Source: Shigella phage SH-1. From it: a stretch of DNA of 64,000 bases. Under the pieces are notes generated by a model. The model did no database searches and was not told the DNA's origin. It saw only the letters and a program-made list of their open reading frames with translations. The translations under genes were made by a program, and so were the position numbers. Where the stretch lies: sequence record PQ642266. One strand, 5' to 3'. Shown here piece by piece: positions 49,609-59,836 of this stretch (the first letter of the stretch is position 1; the number at the start of each line of letters is the position of its first letter).

Positions 49609-50295
49609 TTAAAAATCGTGGGTAGAATCAGCTTCAAGAGCTACTACATAATTCGCATGTTCACCTTCAAATTTAGCAGCGCCTTGTTTACCTTTTGCCC
49701 AGAGCAGAAGTTTATAATTTCCTGGTTGCATTTTCATATTTGCCATATTGATAATGAAATTAAATGTATTTTCACCATCATAATCACCAAGAGTCAAAGA
49801 ATATTTAACACGGGTCAAAGCAGAATCTTCTACTTTATTAAAACCGTTAATTACGATTTTACCTTCTTTTACTGTGATAGCAATTGTATCAATCTGCAGA
49901 CCACGAGATACACGCAACAGCTGTTGAAGGTCTTCAGCTTTAATTTCAGTAACAACAGATGCTACCGGGAATGGAATTGGTTTATTAGGAGCAACTACTG
50001 TACTCGGATCGGCTGCTGGCCAAAAAATTGTTGAACGGGCATCAGCAATTTTAATATTACCATCTTCTGACTGAGAAATTTCTGCATCGTCATTAACTAG
50101 AGACAGAATACCGAGAAAACCGTTCAAATCGTAAATTGCTACATCAAAATCAATAGTGTCAGAAATATTTGCTTCCGCATAAGTTGTACCATTAACTGCG
50201 CGAGTCATAATAAATTGACCGGATTTAAGCATAATACCGGAGTTAATAGTAGCGAAATTTTTAAGCAGAGCAGTAGTATCTTTAGACAGTTTCAT
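49609..50295 (-). CDS. 45: sliding clamp gp45
   Basis: 228 aa; matches T4 gp45 (MKLSKDTTALLKNFATINSGIMLKSGQFIMTRAVNGTTYAEANIS...). Confidence 0.9.
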   Translation of the reverse strand: MKLSKDTTALLKNFATINSGIMLKSGQFIMTRAVNGTTYAEANISDTIDFDVAIYDLNGFLGILSLVNDDAEISQSEDGNIKIADARSTIFWPAADPSTVVAPNKPIPFPVASVVTEIKAEDLQQLLRVSRGLQIDTIAITVKEGKIVINGFNKVEDSALTRVKYSLTLGDYDGENTFNFIINMANMKMQPGNYKLLLWAKGKQGAAKFEGEHANYVVALEADSTHDF

Positions 50296-50314
50296 GTAAT
50301 TTCCTTCAATTCAA

Positions 50315-50340
50315 ATGAGATTTAATTTTATAACTAATTT
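50315..50340 (-). promoter_or_regulatory. MotA-dependent middle promoter for gene 45
   Basis: Minus strand TTGCTTTA then about 11 bp then TATAAAAT. Confidence 0.5.
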
Positions 50341-50350
50341 AATAAAGCAA

Positions 50351-50740
50351 TTAACGATTAAAATCAGCAGCAATTGTTTCCGCAACAATTTGAGCAGCAA
50401 CAATTAGACGTTCATCTGCATTACCGCAATAACCATCTTCAAGGCGTTCACCGCATGAAGTCATAATAAATTTAGCACCAGCATTTAGAGATTCTGCCGT
50501 ATGTTTGCGCATCAGTTCAATCCATTTATCACTAACTTCACGATCGATAGCTTCATAATACGCATGACGAGCAGGTGCAGATTTAATTTTGTTCTGAATA
50601 ACTTCCATCGCGTTATCAGAAAGAGACAAAACCCATGCTCGACGAATTTTATTTTGGTTTTGTGGATTTGATTCAGAACGCACGTGTTTTGGCTGAATAT
50701 CTTTTACATCAACAGTATAATTCACGGTAATTTTAGTCAT
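50351..50740 (-). CDS. rpbA: RNA polymerase binding protein RpbA
   Basis: 129 aa, size and position of T4 rpbA. Confidence 0.7.
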   Translation of the reverse strand: MTKITVNYTVDVKDIQPKHVRSESNPQNQNKIRRAWVLSLSDNAMEVIQNKIKSAPARHAYYEAIDREVSDKWIELMRKHTAESLNAGAKFIMTSCGERLEDGYCGNADERLIVAAQIVAETIAADFNR

Positions 50741-50749
50741 AATACACCT

Positions 50750-50938
50750 TTAGTCATAATAATCAGTAACAGTCCAAGCTTCATTTCTGTTGGACATTAT
50801 TTTCGTATATTCTGATTTAAATGCATTCTTAAGCATAGATTCAGTAACTATATGCTCTTCATTAGAAAAATTATTTCTCAGAATATATCGTTTTATTTCA
50901 GGAATAGTTAATAGATGCTGTCCAGTTGAATATTCCAT
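50750..50938 (-). CDS. hypothetical protein (62 aa), 45.2 position
   Basis: Track ORF. Confidence 0.5.
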   Translation of the reverse strand: MEYSTGQHLLTIPEIKRYILRNNFSNEEHIVTESMLKNAFKSEYTKIMSNRNEAWTVTDYYD

Positions 50939-50993
50939 GTTTTTCCTCCATAGAGATTATACTCTAATAAATTAAAGCATAATCTCTTATAAA

Positions 50994-52676
50994 TTAAACC
51001 ATTACAGTAAATCGACCAACTTTCTTCATTTGAAGATGCTGACCATATGCTTGTGGGTCATGGTCTCTATGTGAAATAACAAAAACATTAGTATTTTTTA
51101 AACTATCTAAAATAGTTGAAATAGCTTTTACACCTTCAACATCGGTTGCTGAATCAAAAACTTCATCAAGAATTAGTGTGTTTATTTTAACACCTGAAAC
51201 TTTTTCAGCAATATCACGCCAAGTAAATAAAAGAGCAATATCAATTCGTGCTTTTTCACCTTGACTAAATGAAGCATAACTAAAATCTTCACGACCACGA
51301 GATTTAATTGTCTCATTAAATTCTTCATCTAATGTAAACACATAATCCGCTTCCATTATTTTAAGATAATGGTTAATCTGCTTATTAAATAATGGAATGT
51401 ACTTTTTAATAATAGCACCCTTAATACCAGAATCTTTGAGCATGTCAGTCAAAATTCCTCTGTGGTATTTTTCCATTACTAAATTAGTTTTTGTCTTAAC
51501 AATTTTATCAAGTTCTTCTTGAAGCAGTGCTATTTCATCAGCATGGTCAATAAACTCAGATGATGCTTTTTCTATAGCCGCTTTAACTTTTTTAGCTTTA
51601 TCTACCGTCGTGATTAGAGATTGCTTTTTATTGCGAATATCATTCGCCAACGTCTGCTGGGTTTTAATATTATCTCGGTATTCATCAACAAGAACTTTTA
51701 AATTATCACGATGTGTTGAAAGCTGTTCAAATGAATGCGTACACTCAGAAACTTTATCTTTAATTTTAGAAACAACTTTATCACCGGAACTTAATTGTGA
51801 CAAACAAGTTGGACATAATCCACCTTCGTGATACATATTAATGACTTTATTATATGAGTCAATTTTTGATTTAATTAAAAATGCTTCTTGACCGATTTTA
51901 TTAAATGCATCAGTCGGGTCTTCATCCAAAACAATATTAACTAATCTTTCATTAGCTTCTTCTATTTCCGATTTTAACGTTCTAGCTTCTTTCGCCAAAT
52001 CATCATACATATTCTGCAGACGAGTAAGGTTATCACCAGTTAATTTTTTCTGGCGTTCAACGTTATCATTATATATTTTAATTTGTTGGATAATACTATC
52101 TTTTTTAACATCAAGCACTTGGTTTTGTGAATTTAATTCACGTATTAGTGCTTTATTAAGCTTATCCATTTCAGCTAATGTTCCTACCTCAAGCAGGTCT
52201 TCCACAAGCTTTCTTCGCGCAGGGGTCGACAAACCCATGAAAGGGGTATACCCTGCTGTACCAAGGACAACAATCTGCTTGAAACTGGCATATGACATTC
52301 CGATAAGCTGTTCAAATTCTGCTTGGAAATCTTTACTGCTGGCAGATTCATTAAGACGTGTACCGTTAACGGTGATTTCAAAAACATTCGGTTTTTGTCC
52401 TCTTTTGATATAGTACTTTTTCTCGTCATATTCCATCCACAGTTCAACTAAAAGTTCTTTCTTATTTGTACTGTTTATTAATTGGCCTTTCTTTACATCA
52501 CGGAATGGCTTGCCAAAAAGCCCAAATGTGATGGCTTCTAACATAGTAGACTTACCACCACCATTTCGTCCAGTAATAAGAGTTTTTTGAACCTTATCTA
52601 ATTGAATGTCAATAGGATTTCCACCTACTGACATTATATTTTGATACCTAACTCGGTTTAGTTTAAAATTCTTCAC
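50994..52676 (-). CDS. 46: recombination endonuclease subunit gp46 (Rad50-like)
   Basis: 560 aa; Walker A GRNGGGKST, long coiled coil with CPTC hook, signature SQGE, Walker B ILDEV; apparent GTG start. Confidence 0.9.
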   Translation of the reverse strand: MKNFKLNRVRYQNIMSVGGNPIDIQLDKVQKTLITGRNGGGKSTMLEAITFGLFGKPFRDVKKGQLINSTNKKELLVELWMEYDEKKYYIKRGQKPNVFEITVNGTRLNESASSKDFQAEFEQLIGMSYASFKQIVVLGTAGYTPFMGLSTPARRKLVEDLLEVGTLAEMDKLNKALIRELNSQNQVLDVKKDSIIQQIKIYNDNVERQKKLTGDNLTRLQNMYDDLAKEARTLKSEIEEANERLVNIVLDEDPTDAFNKIGQEAFLIKSKIDSYNKVINMYHEGGLCPTCLSQLSSGDKVVSKIKDKVSECTHSFEQLSTHRDNLKVLVDEYRDNIKTQQTLANDIRNKKQSLITTVDKAKKVKAAIEKASSEFIDHADEIALLQEELDKIVKTKTNLVMEKYHRGILTDMLKDSGIKGAIIKKYIPLFNKQINHYLKIMEADYVFTLDEEFNETIKSRGREDFSYASFSQGEKARIDIALLFTWRDIAEKVSGVKINTLILDEVFDSATDVEGVKAISTILDSLKNTNVFVISHRDHDPQAYGQHLQMKKVGRFTVMV

Positions 52677-52936
52677 AAAAGATTCCTTTTAATGTATCTT
52701 TTAGACCATTCTATCATATCATCATAATCTAAAAAGTATTCATCAAATTCAGCCATGCAAACAACACCTTGTGCTGCTTTTGATGTGATATAAATTATTC
52801 CAACATATCTAGAATCTTCTTCGGTGTAATCAATATTTGCTATGAATTCATCGTTAATGTCAAATGTCGAAAACTTCACAGTATGCATCCTTAATACAAG
52901 ATACAGCCATATCTTGTAATGATTTAGGTGTGTCAT
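52673..52936 (-). CDS. hypothetical protein (87 aa)
   Basis: Track ORF; start uncertain. Confidence 0.4.
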   Translation of the reverse strand: MTHLNHYKIWLYLVLRMHTVKFSTFDINDEFIANIDYTEEDSRYVGIIYITSKAAQGVVCMAEFDEYFLDYDDMIEWSKRYIKRNLL

Positions 52937-53123
52937 TATCTAAAATGTTGAAGTTAAAAGATACAGCCCAGTCAGTGCAGACCGTGACCTTTTTAATACA
53001 ATTATCTTCAACCTCTAACGGTTCAAACCAATATTCAATAATTTCTTTATGCCCAATATCATCTTTTACTTCACATTCAAAATGCTGACTCATCATAACA
53101 TTTTTAAATTCATCAAAAGTCAT
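52860..53123 (-). CDS. hypothetical protein (87 aa)
   Basis: Track ORF with ATG start; 4-nt overlap with gene 47. Confidence 0.45.
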   Translation of the reverse strand: MTFDEFKNVMMSQHFECEVKDDIGHKEIIEYWFEPLEVEDNCIKKVTVCTDWAVSFNFNILDNDTPKSLQDMAVSCIKDAYCEVFDI

Positions 53124-54139
53124 TGTGTTGCCTCTACATATAACTGATTTGCATATTGAATAAGTGCTTCGCGATCAGAATCAGTGATGTCTGGAATTGC
53201 ATTAATGTATTCTTCCATCAACGTCTGAAGAGATTGAACTTCAACTTCTTCACTATCATCTGACTCGACAGAGTTATCAATCTTTGACACAACTCGTAAT
53301 GAATGCACAACTTTTTCTAGTTCAGATTCGAACTTCGTTAGATTTTTGTCTACTTCAGTTACTATAACACGTACTGATAGATTTGTAAAATCTTTATAGT
53401 CAATTTTTCCCTTAAATGGATATTGAATTCGACGATGCCAGGTAGTGTTGTTTGGAATAAATTCCATTCGTTCTGTTTCTGTATCAAACATCCAGAACCC
53501 GCGAGGGTCATTCTCGTCACCTGCAGTTAGTGTCCATGGTGTCCCAATATATCTGACGTTAGCAGCCTCAGAGATAGTATGGAAGTGACCAGACCACACC
53601 TCTTTATAAGTCTTAAGGAAATCAGGTTCAAGACCGTGAGATTTCATTCCTTTATAAAAATAAAATCCATTCAGCTCCCAGTGACCGACACAAAAAGAAG
53701 CAGATGAAGTTTTGATGTGTTCAAGAATTTCACCAGTATTTTCTTCGCACATCCAAGGAATTAAATCAATCAAACATCCGTCAAAATCTACTGTAGTAGG
53801 CTTATCATATACTTTAACATTAGGATATTTAGCCAAAAGCTCAGTAGAAGCATTTGGATGCATTACATTTTTATAGTGGAGATCGTGATTTCCTACAATA
53901 GTATGTAATGTGATTCCAGCGGCATCAAGCATTTGAACTATTTCACGGGCAAACTCCATAGTTTTATGCGTGATCGCTTTTCGTACATCAAAAATATCAC
54001 CGTATTGAATCCATACAGTAATTCCATTTTTCTTAGAATATTCTATCGCTTGCTTAATTCCATCAATTTGAATACCGCGAATCCATTCATCATCAGCTTT
54101 AACGCCTAAATGCCAATCACCCAAGTTTAGTATTTTCAT
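53120..54139 (-). CDS. 47: recombination endonuclease subunit gp47 (Mre11-like)
   Basis: 339 aa; phosphoesterase motifs (NLGDWH, GDIFD, GNHD). Confidence 0.9.
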   Translation of the reverse strand: MKILNLGDWHLGVKADDEWIRGIQIDGIKQAIEYSKKNGITVWIQYGDIFDVRKAITHKTMEFAREIVQMLDAAGITLHTIVGNHDLHYKNVMHPNASTELLAKYPNVKVYDKPTTVDFDGCLIDLIPWMCEENTGEILEHIKTSSASFCVGHWELNGFYFYKGMKSHGLEPDFLKTYKEVWSGHFHTISEAANVRYIGTPWTLTAGDENDPRGFWMFDTETERMEFIPNNTTWHRRIQYPFKGKIDYKDFTNLSVRVIVTEVDKNLTKFESELEKVVHSLRVVSKIDNSVESDDSEEVEVQSLQTLMEEYINAIPDITDSDREALIQYANQLYVEATQ

Positions 54140-54740
54140 GGTGTCTTTTCCATCCTAATTTAGCTGCTTTTGAAACTAGTTCTTTAATTTTTCCTTTTGT
54201 CCATTCAGGACCAGGAGGTTCATGACATAACATTTGCTTAACTCCGTTATTATACCATTTTTTACCTTTATTATGTGATGAAGCTTTAAATTTATTTGAC
54301 CTTCCTTTTACATAACCTTCTGGAATATACGGTAAAAAGGCAGATTTTCCTGTTAATGGGTCATGTGAATGTATGTTTCCTTTACAATTATGAGAACCAT
54401 ATAATGGATGATTTTGTCCTTTAATATCTCTTCCAAATGAACCTTTTGGAGCAGCATATGACATATTAAAGAATAATGGATTTTTAACCGCATCATGCAA
54501 ACGTTGATAATATAGCTCGCATTTAATAGCTTCTTCGCGTGTATCAAATTCATCTAAAATGCATGAATCAAATAAATGTGGGTTATTTGAAAGTTCTTCA
54601 TTATAAATTTTCTTATACTTTTTAGATAAAACTGATCCATGATATCCGGCTAAATGCCTGTCTAAAGATGTAGATCCAATATAAAAAGGAGGAAGTTTAT
54701 CTCCACTATATATTGTTAAATAAGTTATATATTTTTTCAT
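54117..54740 (-). CDS. GIY-YIG homing endonuclease (Seg-like)
   Basis: 207 aa; GIY-YIG catalytic motifs: ITYLTIY, FYIGST, R in LDRHLAG, E in REEAIKCE, N in FFNMS; GQNHPLYGSH; overlaps gene 47 start by 23 nt. Confidence 0.7.
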   Translation of the reverse strand: MKKYITYLTIYSGDKLPPFYIGSTSLDRHLAGYHGSVLSKKYKKIYNEELSNNPHLFDSCILDEFDTREEAIKCELYYQRLHDAVKNPLFFNMSYAAPKGSFGRDIKGQNHPLYGSHNCKGNIHSHDPLTGKSAFLPYIPEGYVKGRSNKFKASSHNKGKKWYNNGVKQMLCHEPPGPEWTKGKIKELVSKAAKLGWKRHHENTKLG

Positions 54741-54916
54741 ATATCAAGAACCGTCATTGAAATGCAAAATAAAATTATTGAAATAAATCCATCTGGAGTA
54801 CTAAAGAACCCAATCCAACATGCTCTAGTGAATAGATAAAATGCAAGAAAAAGTATCACATATCCAAGAAATATCATTATATCAAACTCCGTATAAAGCT
54901 AAAGGGCCGAAGCCCT

Positions 54917-56119
54917 TTATTTTGTAATAATGTCAAACTGTTCTTTAAAGCAGAAGCTTGAATCTTGATGCTGATACAAAAATTCATAAGCTTTTTCACG
55001 TTCACGGTCATAAAGAGCTCGGTCAGATGACAGTTCTTTAATACGTTCAAATGTTGATTCCATGTCATTTTCATCAAACCAAACGATGCCGCTATCATGA
55101 GAAATTAACGGAGTATTATCAACACGGAATTTTAAATTTTCGCCAGTAGATTTCCAAAATACTGGAATTGTTCCACATGCACCAAGCTCGAGATGAGTAT
55201 ATTCTAAAGAACGTTGTAGATATTTTTTATCTAATTTACTCAGCTGATAACCAAATCCGGATTTACTCATGCGTTCAAGCATTTCGCTATTTACATAACG
55301 GTCGAGAATTTGCGTCGGCAAATTAGGAGCAATTTTAATTTGGTCTACTTGATGAAGACGATAATACTCGTATGGAATTCCTTTTTCTTTAATAGGAATG
55401 AACGCTGGAGAACGTTCCAGACCTTCCATAATAGTGCTTAGTCCTGCAGGTTTAAGATGTTTTTCGTGAAAATCAAACATCTGATAAAAACCTTTCCATG
55501 TAGTAGTACGACCAATCCAACGGTTGATATTCATGTTAATTTCAGAAACATCTTTCCAGTAGGTTGATCGAACTTTCGCAATATCCATAGGAGGCTGAAA
55601 GTTATATACGATCGGTGCTTCTTCAATATCATCAAACAGAGAAACAGTTTCCGGATACCATTCTTTCATCAAAACTTTATTAAAGTCACCATTATCAGAA
55701 TGGCTAAAAATAACATCAGCTCGACGAACAGTTTCTTCTAATCCCAAATTTCGGCGCAAAGAAAGAGAAGAATGGTCATGCTGATAAACTACAACACGAA
55801 CCGAAGGTTTAATGTTATCAATAATTTTTTTATAGTTATTAATTGTGTCTTCTTCAACTGAAGTAGCAGGAACTGAATTGATAACTAGAATATCACAATC
55901 ATTTACCAGCTTAAGTGTTTTATCGTATTCTTTTGCCAATAAAACTGGAATTGAAAATGACTTATAATCATGCGCGCAATTACGAGTAAATGATTTATCT
56001 TTAGCATAAACCAAAGTTACTTCATGACCATTTTTAATAAACCAATCACGCTGCTCAAGAGAAAATTTAGTTACACCGCAACCTTCAAGACCTCGAGCCA
56101 TAAAAATACATACTTTCAT
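54917..56119 (-). CDS. a-gt: DNA alpha-glucosyltransferase
   Basis: 400 aa; matches T4 alpha-gt N-terminus (M.ICIFMARGLEGCGVTKFSLEQRDWFIKNGHEVTLVYAKDKSF). Confidence 0.9.
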   Translation of the reverse strand: MKVCIFMARGLEGCGVTKFSLEQRDWFIKNGHEVTLVYAKDKSFTRNCAHDYKSFSIPVLLAKEYDKTLKLVNDCDILVINSVPATSVEEDTINNYKKIIDNIKPSVRVVVYQHDHSSLSLRRNLGLEETVRRADVIFSHSDNGDFNKVLMKEWYPETVSLFDDIEEAPIVYNFQPPMDIAKVRSTYWKDVSEINMNINRWIGRTTTWKGFYQMFDFHEKHLKPAGLSTIMEGLERSPAFIPIKEKGIPYEYYRLHQVDQIKIAPNLPTQILDRYVNSEMLERMSKSGFGYQLSKLDKKYLQRSLEYTHLELGACGTIPVFWKSTGENLKFRVDNTPLISHDSGIVWFDENDMESTFERIKELSSDRALYDREREKAYEFLYQHQDSSFCFKEQFDIITK

Positions 56120-56362
56120 TTAATATCCTCATTGTTTTGGTTTATTTTACCAAAAATTTATAAAGCAATATAGGAGCCGAAGCTCCTATCCACATAATAC
56201 ACCATACAGAGGCTCATTAGAGCTTCTAAATTTTATGCGCTTATATGTTATAGTTCCTTCTGCTTTAGCTTTATCATGAGCCTCTTTAAAGCGTCTCATC
56301 ATTTCTACTTTAGAGGAACGAATTTTATTATAATCTATTTCACAAGTCTGGGCGTTCATCTT

Positions 56363-56569
56363 TCACAGTTGCCACCATTTTTTGACTTGATAAGAATCAA
56401 CCCACACTTTCATATTAGGGTCTGCTCTTACAATAGGAGGATTAACTTCTTTGATTGAACTATCATGGTATTCTTTTTCAGAAATTTTCACGCAAAGATG
56501 ACCATTCAAAGATTCAGTAAATCCTGCATTAATTTTAAGACGCTTGAATTTTACGTGTGTAAGCATCAA
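56363..56569 (-). CDS. hypothetical protein (68 aa)
   Basis: Track ORF. Confidence 0.4.
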   Translation of the reverse strand: MMLTHVKFKRLKINAGFTESLNGHLCVKISEKEYHDSSIKEVNPPIVRADPNMKVWVDSYQVKKWWQL

Positions 56570-56852
56570 TCATATCCTCAATCTGTGATCTAGTAGTCTT
56601 CCAAAGAATACTAATGAGTTCATCGTTATATGGCTGTTTTAGAATATCCCGACTTTTCTTGATAGCATATTCGTATTGAGCAAAATTATTGTTTTCAGCT
56701 GCAATTTGAGCGTGTTTATAAAGACGGTTCAGTTCGCGTTTATTTTTAGACAATAACTTATTTGCTTTTCTTTCTGCTTCAAGACGGTTCTTTTCTTCAA
56801 TAGAAGAAAAAAGCTTTTCCACTTCATCATTAATTTCGGGTTTATCAGTCAT
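56535..56852 (-). CDS. hypothetical coiled-coil protein (105 aa)
   Basis: Track ORF. Confidence 0.5.
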   Translation of the reverse strand: MTDKPEINDEVEKLFSSIEEKNRLEAERKANKLLSKNKRELNRLYKHAQIAAENNNFAQYEYAIKKSRDILKQPYNDELISILWKTTRSQIEDMIDAYTRKIQAS

Positions 56853-56853
56853 A

Positions 56854-57072
56854 TTATTTCTCTAATATAAAATAAAAATCATCATCTGTTAAATGATACC
56901 GATAGTTTAATTCTACACCATTAGATTTAAAAGCGGTATCATACGGATTTTCTGGATCAATATCAATGTCAAGAGCTAAAACTTCCCTGAGATACATTTT
57001 AAGTAAATAGGGAATAGCTTCAACTTCAGGTATTTCTTCCAAGAATCCGGAGAGGTTAATCGTTAGCCTCAT
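56854..57072 (-). CDS. hypothetical protein (72 aa)
   Basis: Track ORF. Confidence 0.45.
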
Positions 57073-57613
57073 ATAAAAAATCCAAACTAGGAGAATCGTC
57101 TACAACACTTTTCTTTTCAGCCCCTGGTGTTCTATAGGTTGATTCTTCGTAATGCGTCATTTTATCGTAGATGTCTTGAATAAAAGTTTCATCTACTAAC
57201 GCAACCATATCGTCGTCACGACTGTCATAGACATTGTGAACGAAGTAACTATATTTCTTTGCAACTTCCTTACGTTCTTTTTTAATACGTTGGACGAATG
57301 CATTAAAACAAGCTTGAGTTATATATGCATGCGGGTTTTTATATTTCGTTTCATCAAAATTATGAAGCCCCTTAATAGAAGCTTCTATACCATCTGCAAT
57401 CATTTCTTGTTTCCAGGATTGGGTGTATCCTGAAAAGTTGAAACGTTTAGATAAGCCTTCTGCGATAAGCATAATGGCTAATCCGATAGTATCATTCTGA
57501 CGAACTACTTTATTTGGGTCTTTATTATTTGCTAATTCTGTTTTCCAATCAATAATAGCTTGTAAAAGCTCTTTATTGTTTACGTAATTATATTTAGGCT
57601 TAGTTTCTGACAT
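57056..57613 (-). CDS. 55: late-transcription sigma factor gp55
   Basis: 185 aa from [44 protein letters not shown]; matches T4 gp55. Confidence 0.9.
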
Positions 57614-57691
57614 TTTCACCTCTTAGCTCAATTCATAGATCTATTATATCATAATATTTGAAGATCTATCTTAAAGCATAGAGGATATCAG

Positions 57692-57961
57692 TTATCTAAG
57701 TAAGCAGTATGCTTGGAACACTTTCTCCATCATCTTTTTAAATTCGTGAATATCTATATAATGACTAGTTAAATCAGCATGATATAAAAAGTCTAAAAAC
57801 TTTTCATGTGTGCTAGCATATTCACTTTCATTTAATTCAGAAACATGGCTTTCCCAATATCCAACACCAGTCTTATTTGGGAAAAATGAAATTTTCATGT
57901 ATTGGTCAACATAGAAAATTCCATAATTTTCAATAGTAATAGAAATATTAATAAATTTCAT
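57692..57961 (-). CDS. hypothetical protein (89 aa)
   Basis: Track ORF. Confidence 0.45.
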   Translation of the reverse strand: MKFINISITIENYGIFYVDQYMKISFFPNKTGVGYWESHVSELNESEYASTHEKFLDFLYHADLTSHYIDIHEFKKMMEKVFQAYCLLR

Positions 57962-58179
57962 GCATTCATCAACTTAGCCGCTTCGAGAGCTGCATCTAGT
58001 GAATCAAACTGGTCAACGTATTCAATCAATTCGCCATAATTAGCGTATAACCACCATTGGCTAAATTCATACTCAAGGATGAATCCATTTCCTTCAATTT
58101 GAGTTAAACCAATGCCATTTGTATTTACTTCATATCCGGCAAGACGTAAATCGTTAATAAGAGCTTCGTTCATATTCAT
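57958..58179 (-). CDS. hypothetical protein (73 aa)
   Basis: Track ORF. Confidence 0.45.
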   Translation of the reverse strand: MNMNEALINDLRLAGYEVNTNGIGLTQIEGNGFILEYEFSQWWLYANYGELIEYVDQFDSLDAALEAAKLMNA

Positions 58180-58502
58180 ACCTTAGCAATTTTCAGGTCA
58201 GCAAATTTTTTCTTGCGTTGATTTTTCATACGACGAATAGTTTTATCGGAAATTTCATGTTTTTGATAAGCTTTAGATTCTACACCAAAAGCTTTAACAT
58301 CAAATTCTGACAAGATATATTGAACCAACAATTCACGTATAGTATTGCGTCCAATCTTCTGATCATTCTGTTTCATCATCTGATGAAGCTCTTTTTCCCA
58401 TTTATCCAAAATTTGAGGATTTACAATATCGCCTTTTTCTAGCAAAGAAACTACTTTATCATATGCGTAAGAATTGATGGCGTTTTTAATTTGAATAGTC
58501 AT
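58176..58502 (-). CDS. hypothetical protein (108 aa)
   Basis: Track ORF. Confidence 0.5.
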   Translation of the reverse strand: MTIQIKNAINSYAYDKVVSLLEKGDIVNPQILDKWEKELHQMMKQNDQKIGRNTIRELLVQYILSEFDVKAFGVESKAYQKHEISDKTIRRMKNQRKKKFADLKIAKV

Positions 58503-58554
58503 ACATTATCCTCAATTGCGTTAAAATTTTATTATCCAAAAAGGGCCGAAGCCC

Positions 58555-58755
58555 TTAGCTAAACTGTTTGGCGCCCTTCCAGCCTTCGTACATCATTGCG
58601 GCTGATATTAATATTGCTCCTGCGCATTTTGAATATTTGTGATTCCAAAACCAGTTCAGAAAAACTTCGTCATCAATACCTTGGGCTATCATATTTTCAA
58701 AGAACTGACGACGAGCTTCGGCAATTCGTTGTGATAATTTAGATTCAGGATTCAT
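58555..58755 (-). CDS. hypothetical protein (66 aa)
   Basis: Track ORF. Confidence 0.4.
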   Translation of the reverse strand: MNPESKLSQRIAEARRQFFENMIAQGIDDEVFLNWFWNHKYSKCAGAILISAAMMYEGWKGAKQFS

Positions 58756-58971
58756 TTAAATTTTCCAGTTACCGTTTTCATCAATGAATTTAATCCAGTC
58801 ATTTACTGACCACTTGGTCGTATCGCCTTTTGGAGCAACATTTAAAGTGTATAATCCTTGTTTAAAAAGCATGCGTTTGATATTCATATTTTCCTCAGCT
58901 GTAACGATAGCACTCGTTTGATTTGCGCTTAGCAACTCGTTGAGAAGTATTGTAATCAAAATCATCGTCAA
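58756..58971 (-). CDS. hypothetical protein (71 aa)
   Basis: Track ORF. Confidence 0.4.
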   Translation of the reverse strand: MTMILITILLNELLSANQTSAIVTAEENMNIKRMLFKQGLYTLNVAPKGDTTKWSVNDWIKFIDENGNWKI

Positions 58972-59233
58972 TGTAAACTGATTTTTTCAACTTTCTTACT
59001 TCACTACGCAATTGACGGTTTAGCTCATCTTTAACTTCTGAATCAATGCCTTTCATTCTACGCCATTTATCAGAGCGAAAAATGTTTTCAACCATATCTT
59101 TATGACTTACACCATCAGGAGCTTTACGCTTTCCGAAATAGTCATAATCACGCACTTTTAAATCTTTACGACGATACGTTTTACCCATGGAGTTTAATTT
59201 CCTTAGCAACTGAACTAAATACAGCACGGTCAC
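58895..59233 (-). CDS. hypothetical basic protein (up to 112 aa)
   Basis: Track ORF; likely starts at internal MGKTYRRKDLKV. Confidence 0.4.
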   Translation of the reverse strand: MTVLYLVQLLRKLNSMGKTYRRKDLKVRDYDYFGKRKAPDGVSHKDMVENIFRSDKWRRMKGIDSEVKDELNRQLRSEVRKLKKSVYIDDDFDYNTSQRVAKRKSNECYRYS

Positions 59234-59388
59234 AAATCATGTGTTTGTTCCATTTAAGTACAGTATAATGAACATCTAGATCATCTACTGCTGTAACAAT
59301 AACAATATGTCCGTTAACACGATAATACTGATCCCTTTTAATCTCTTTATCAACCATATCAAATCCTCAAAGGCAATTCATATGTTAA

Positions 59389-59417
59389 TAATACCACAGT
59401 TTGAACTTGTTGTAAAC
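59389..59417 (-). promoter_or_regulatory. sigma70-type early promoter
   Basis: Minus strand GTTTACA, 17-18 bp, TGgTATTAT. Confidence 0.55.
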
Positions 59418-59489
59418 AACTTTGTGAAAATTATTTTAGGGAATGATAAGAAGGGAACGATAGCTTAGAATGGTAATATACAGAATGCG

Positions 59490-59512
59490 AGAAAGAAAGG
59501 CCCAGAGGGCCC
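59490..59512 (-). terminator. intrinsic terminator downstream of nrdH
   Basis: Minus strand GGGCCC-TCTG-GGCC hairpin then TTTCTTTC. Confidence 0.55.
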
Positions 59513-59515
59513 GTC

Positions 59516-59836
59516 TTAGTCTTCTATGATATCTCTATCATATCCAAGTGAAATGAGAGTTTCTTTGAAGTGTTTAATGTTCTTTTGTCTAGAATCATTG
59601 ATGAAAATGACTGGATAACGAATGTTAAGAGATGTGAAACCAGCGCGTTTAGCAAGAGATACAATCAGTGGACGATCATACTCAATCTTACCATTATTTG
59701 TAAGAACTTTATAGAAAATAAAAGGAGCATTGAGCTCCTTTAGAAGTTTTGTAACTGATTGACATCCAGGACAACGACCTACTTCATCTGGAATTCCATA
59801 GACTTCAATCTTATTCTTTAAGTTCGAGTTTTGTTC
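59516..59836 (-). CDS. nrdH: glutaredoxin-like protein NrdH
   Basis: KIEVYGIPDEVGRCPGCQSV with CPGC redox motif; no in-frame ATG nearby so probable GTG start; start coordinate uncertain. Confidence 0.5.
   Translation of the reverse strand, partial: EQNSNLKNKIEVYGIPDEVGRCPGCQSVTKLLKELNAPFIFYKVLTNNGKIEYDRPLIVSLAKRAGFTSLNIRYPVIFINDSRQKNIKHFKETLISLGYDRDIIED

Noticed and set aside
49618-50034. 138-aa plus-strand ORF inside gene 45
   Set aside because: Antisense to the sliding clamp gene, whose product matches T4 gp45.
19445-58554. Possible CRISPR array suggested by repeated GGGCCGAAGCCC
   Set aside because: Copies are tens of kb apart, palindromic, and sit at gene ends; there is no regularly spaced repeat-spacer structure.
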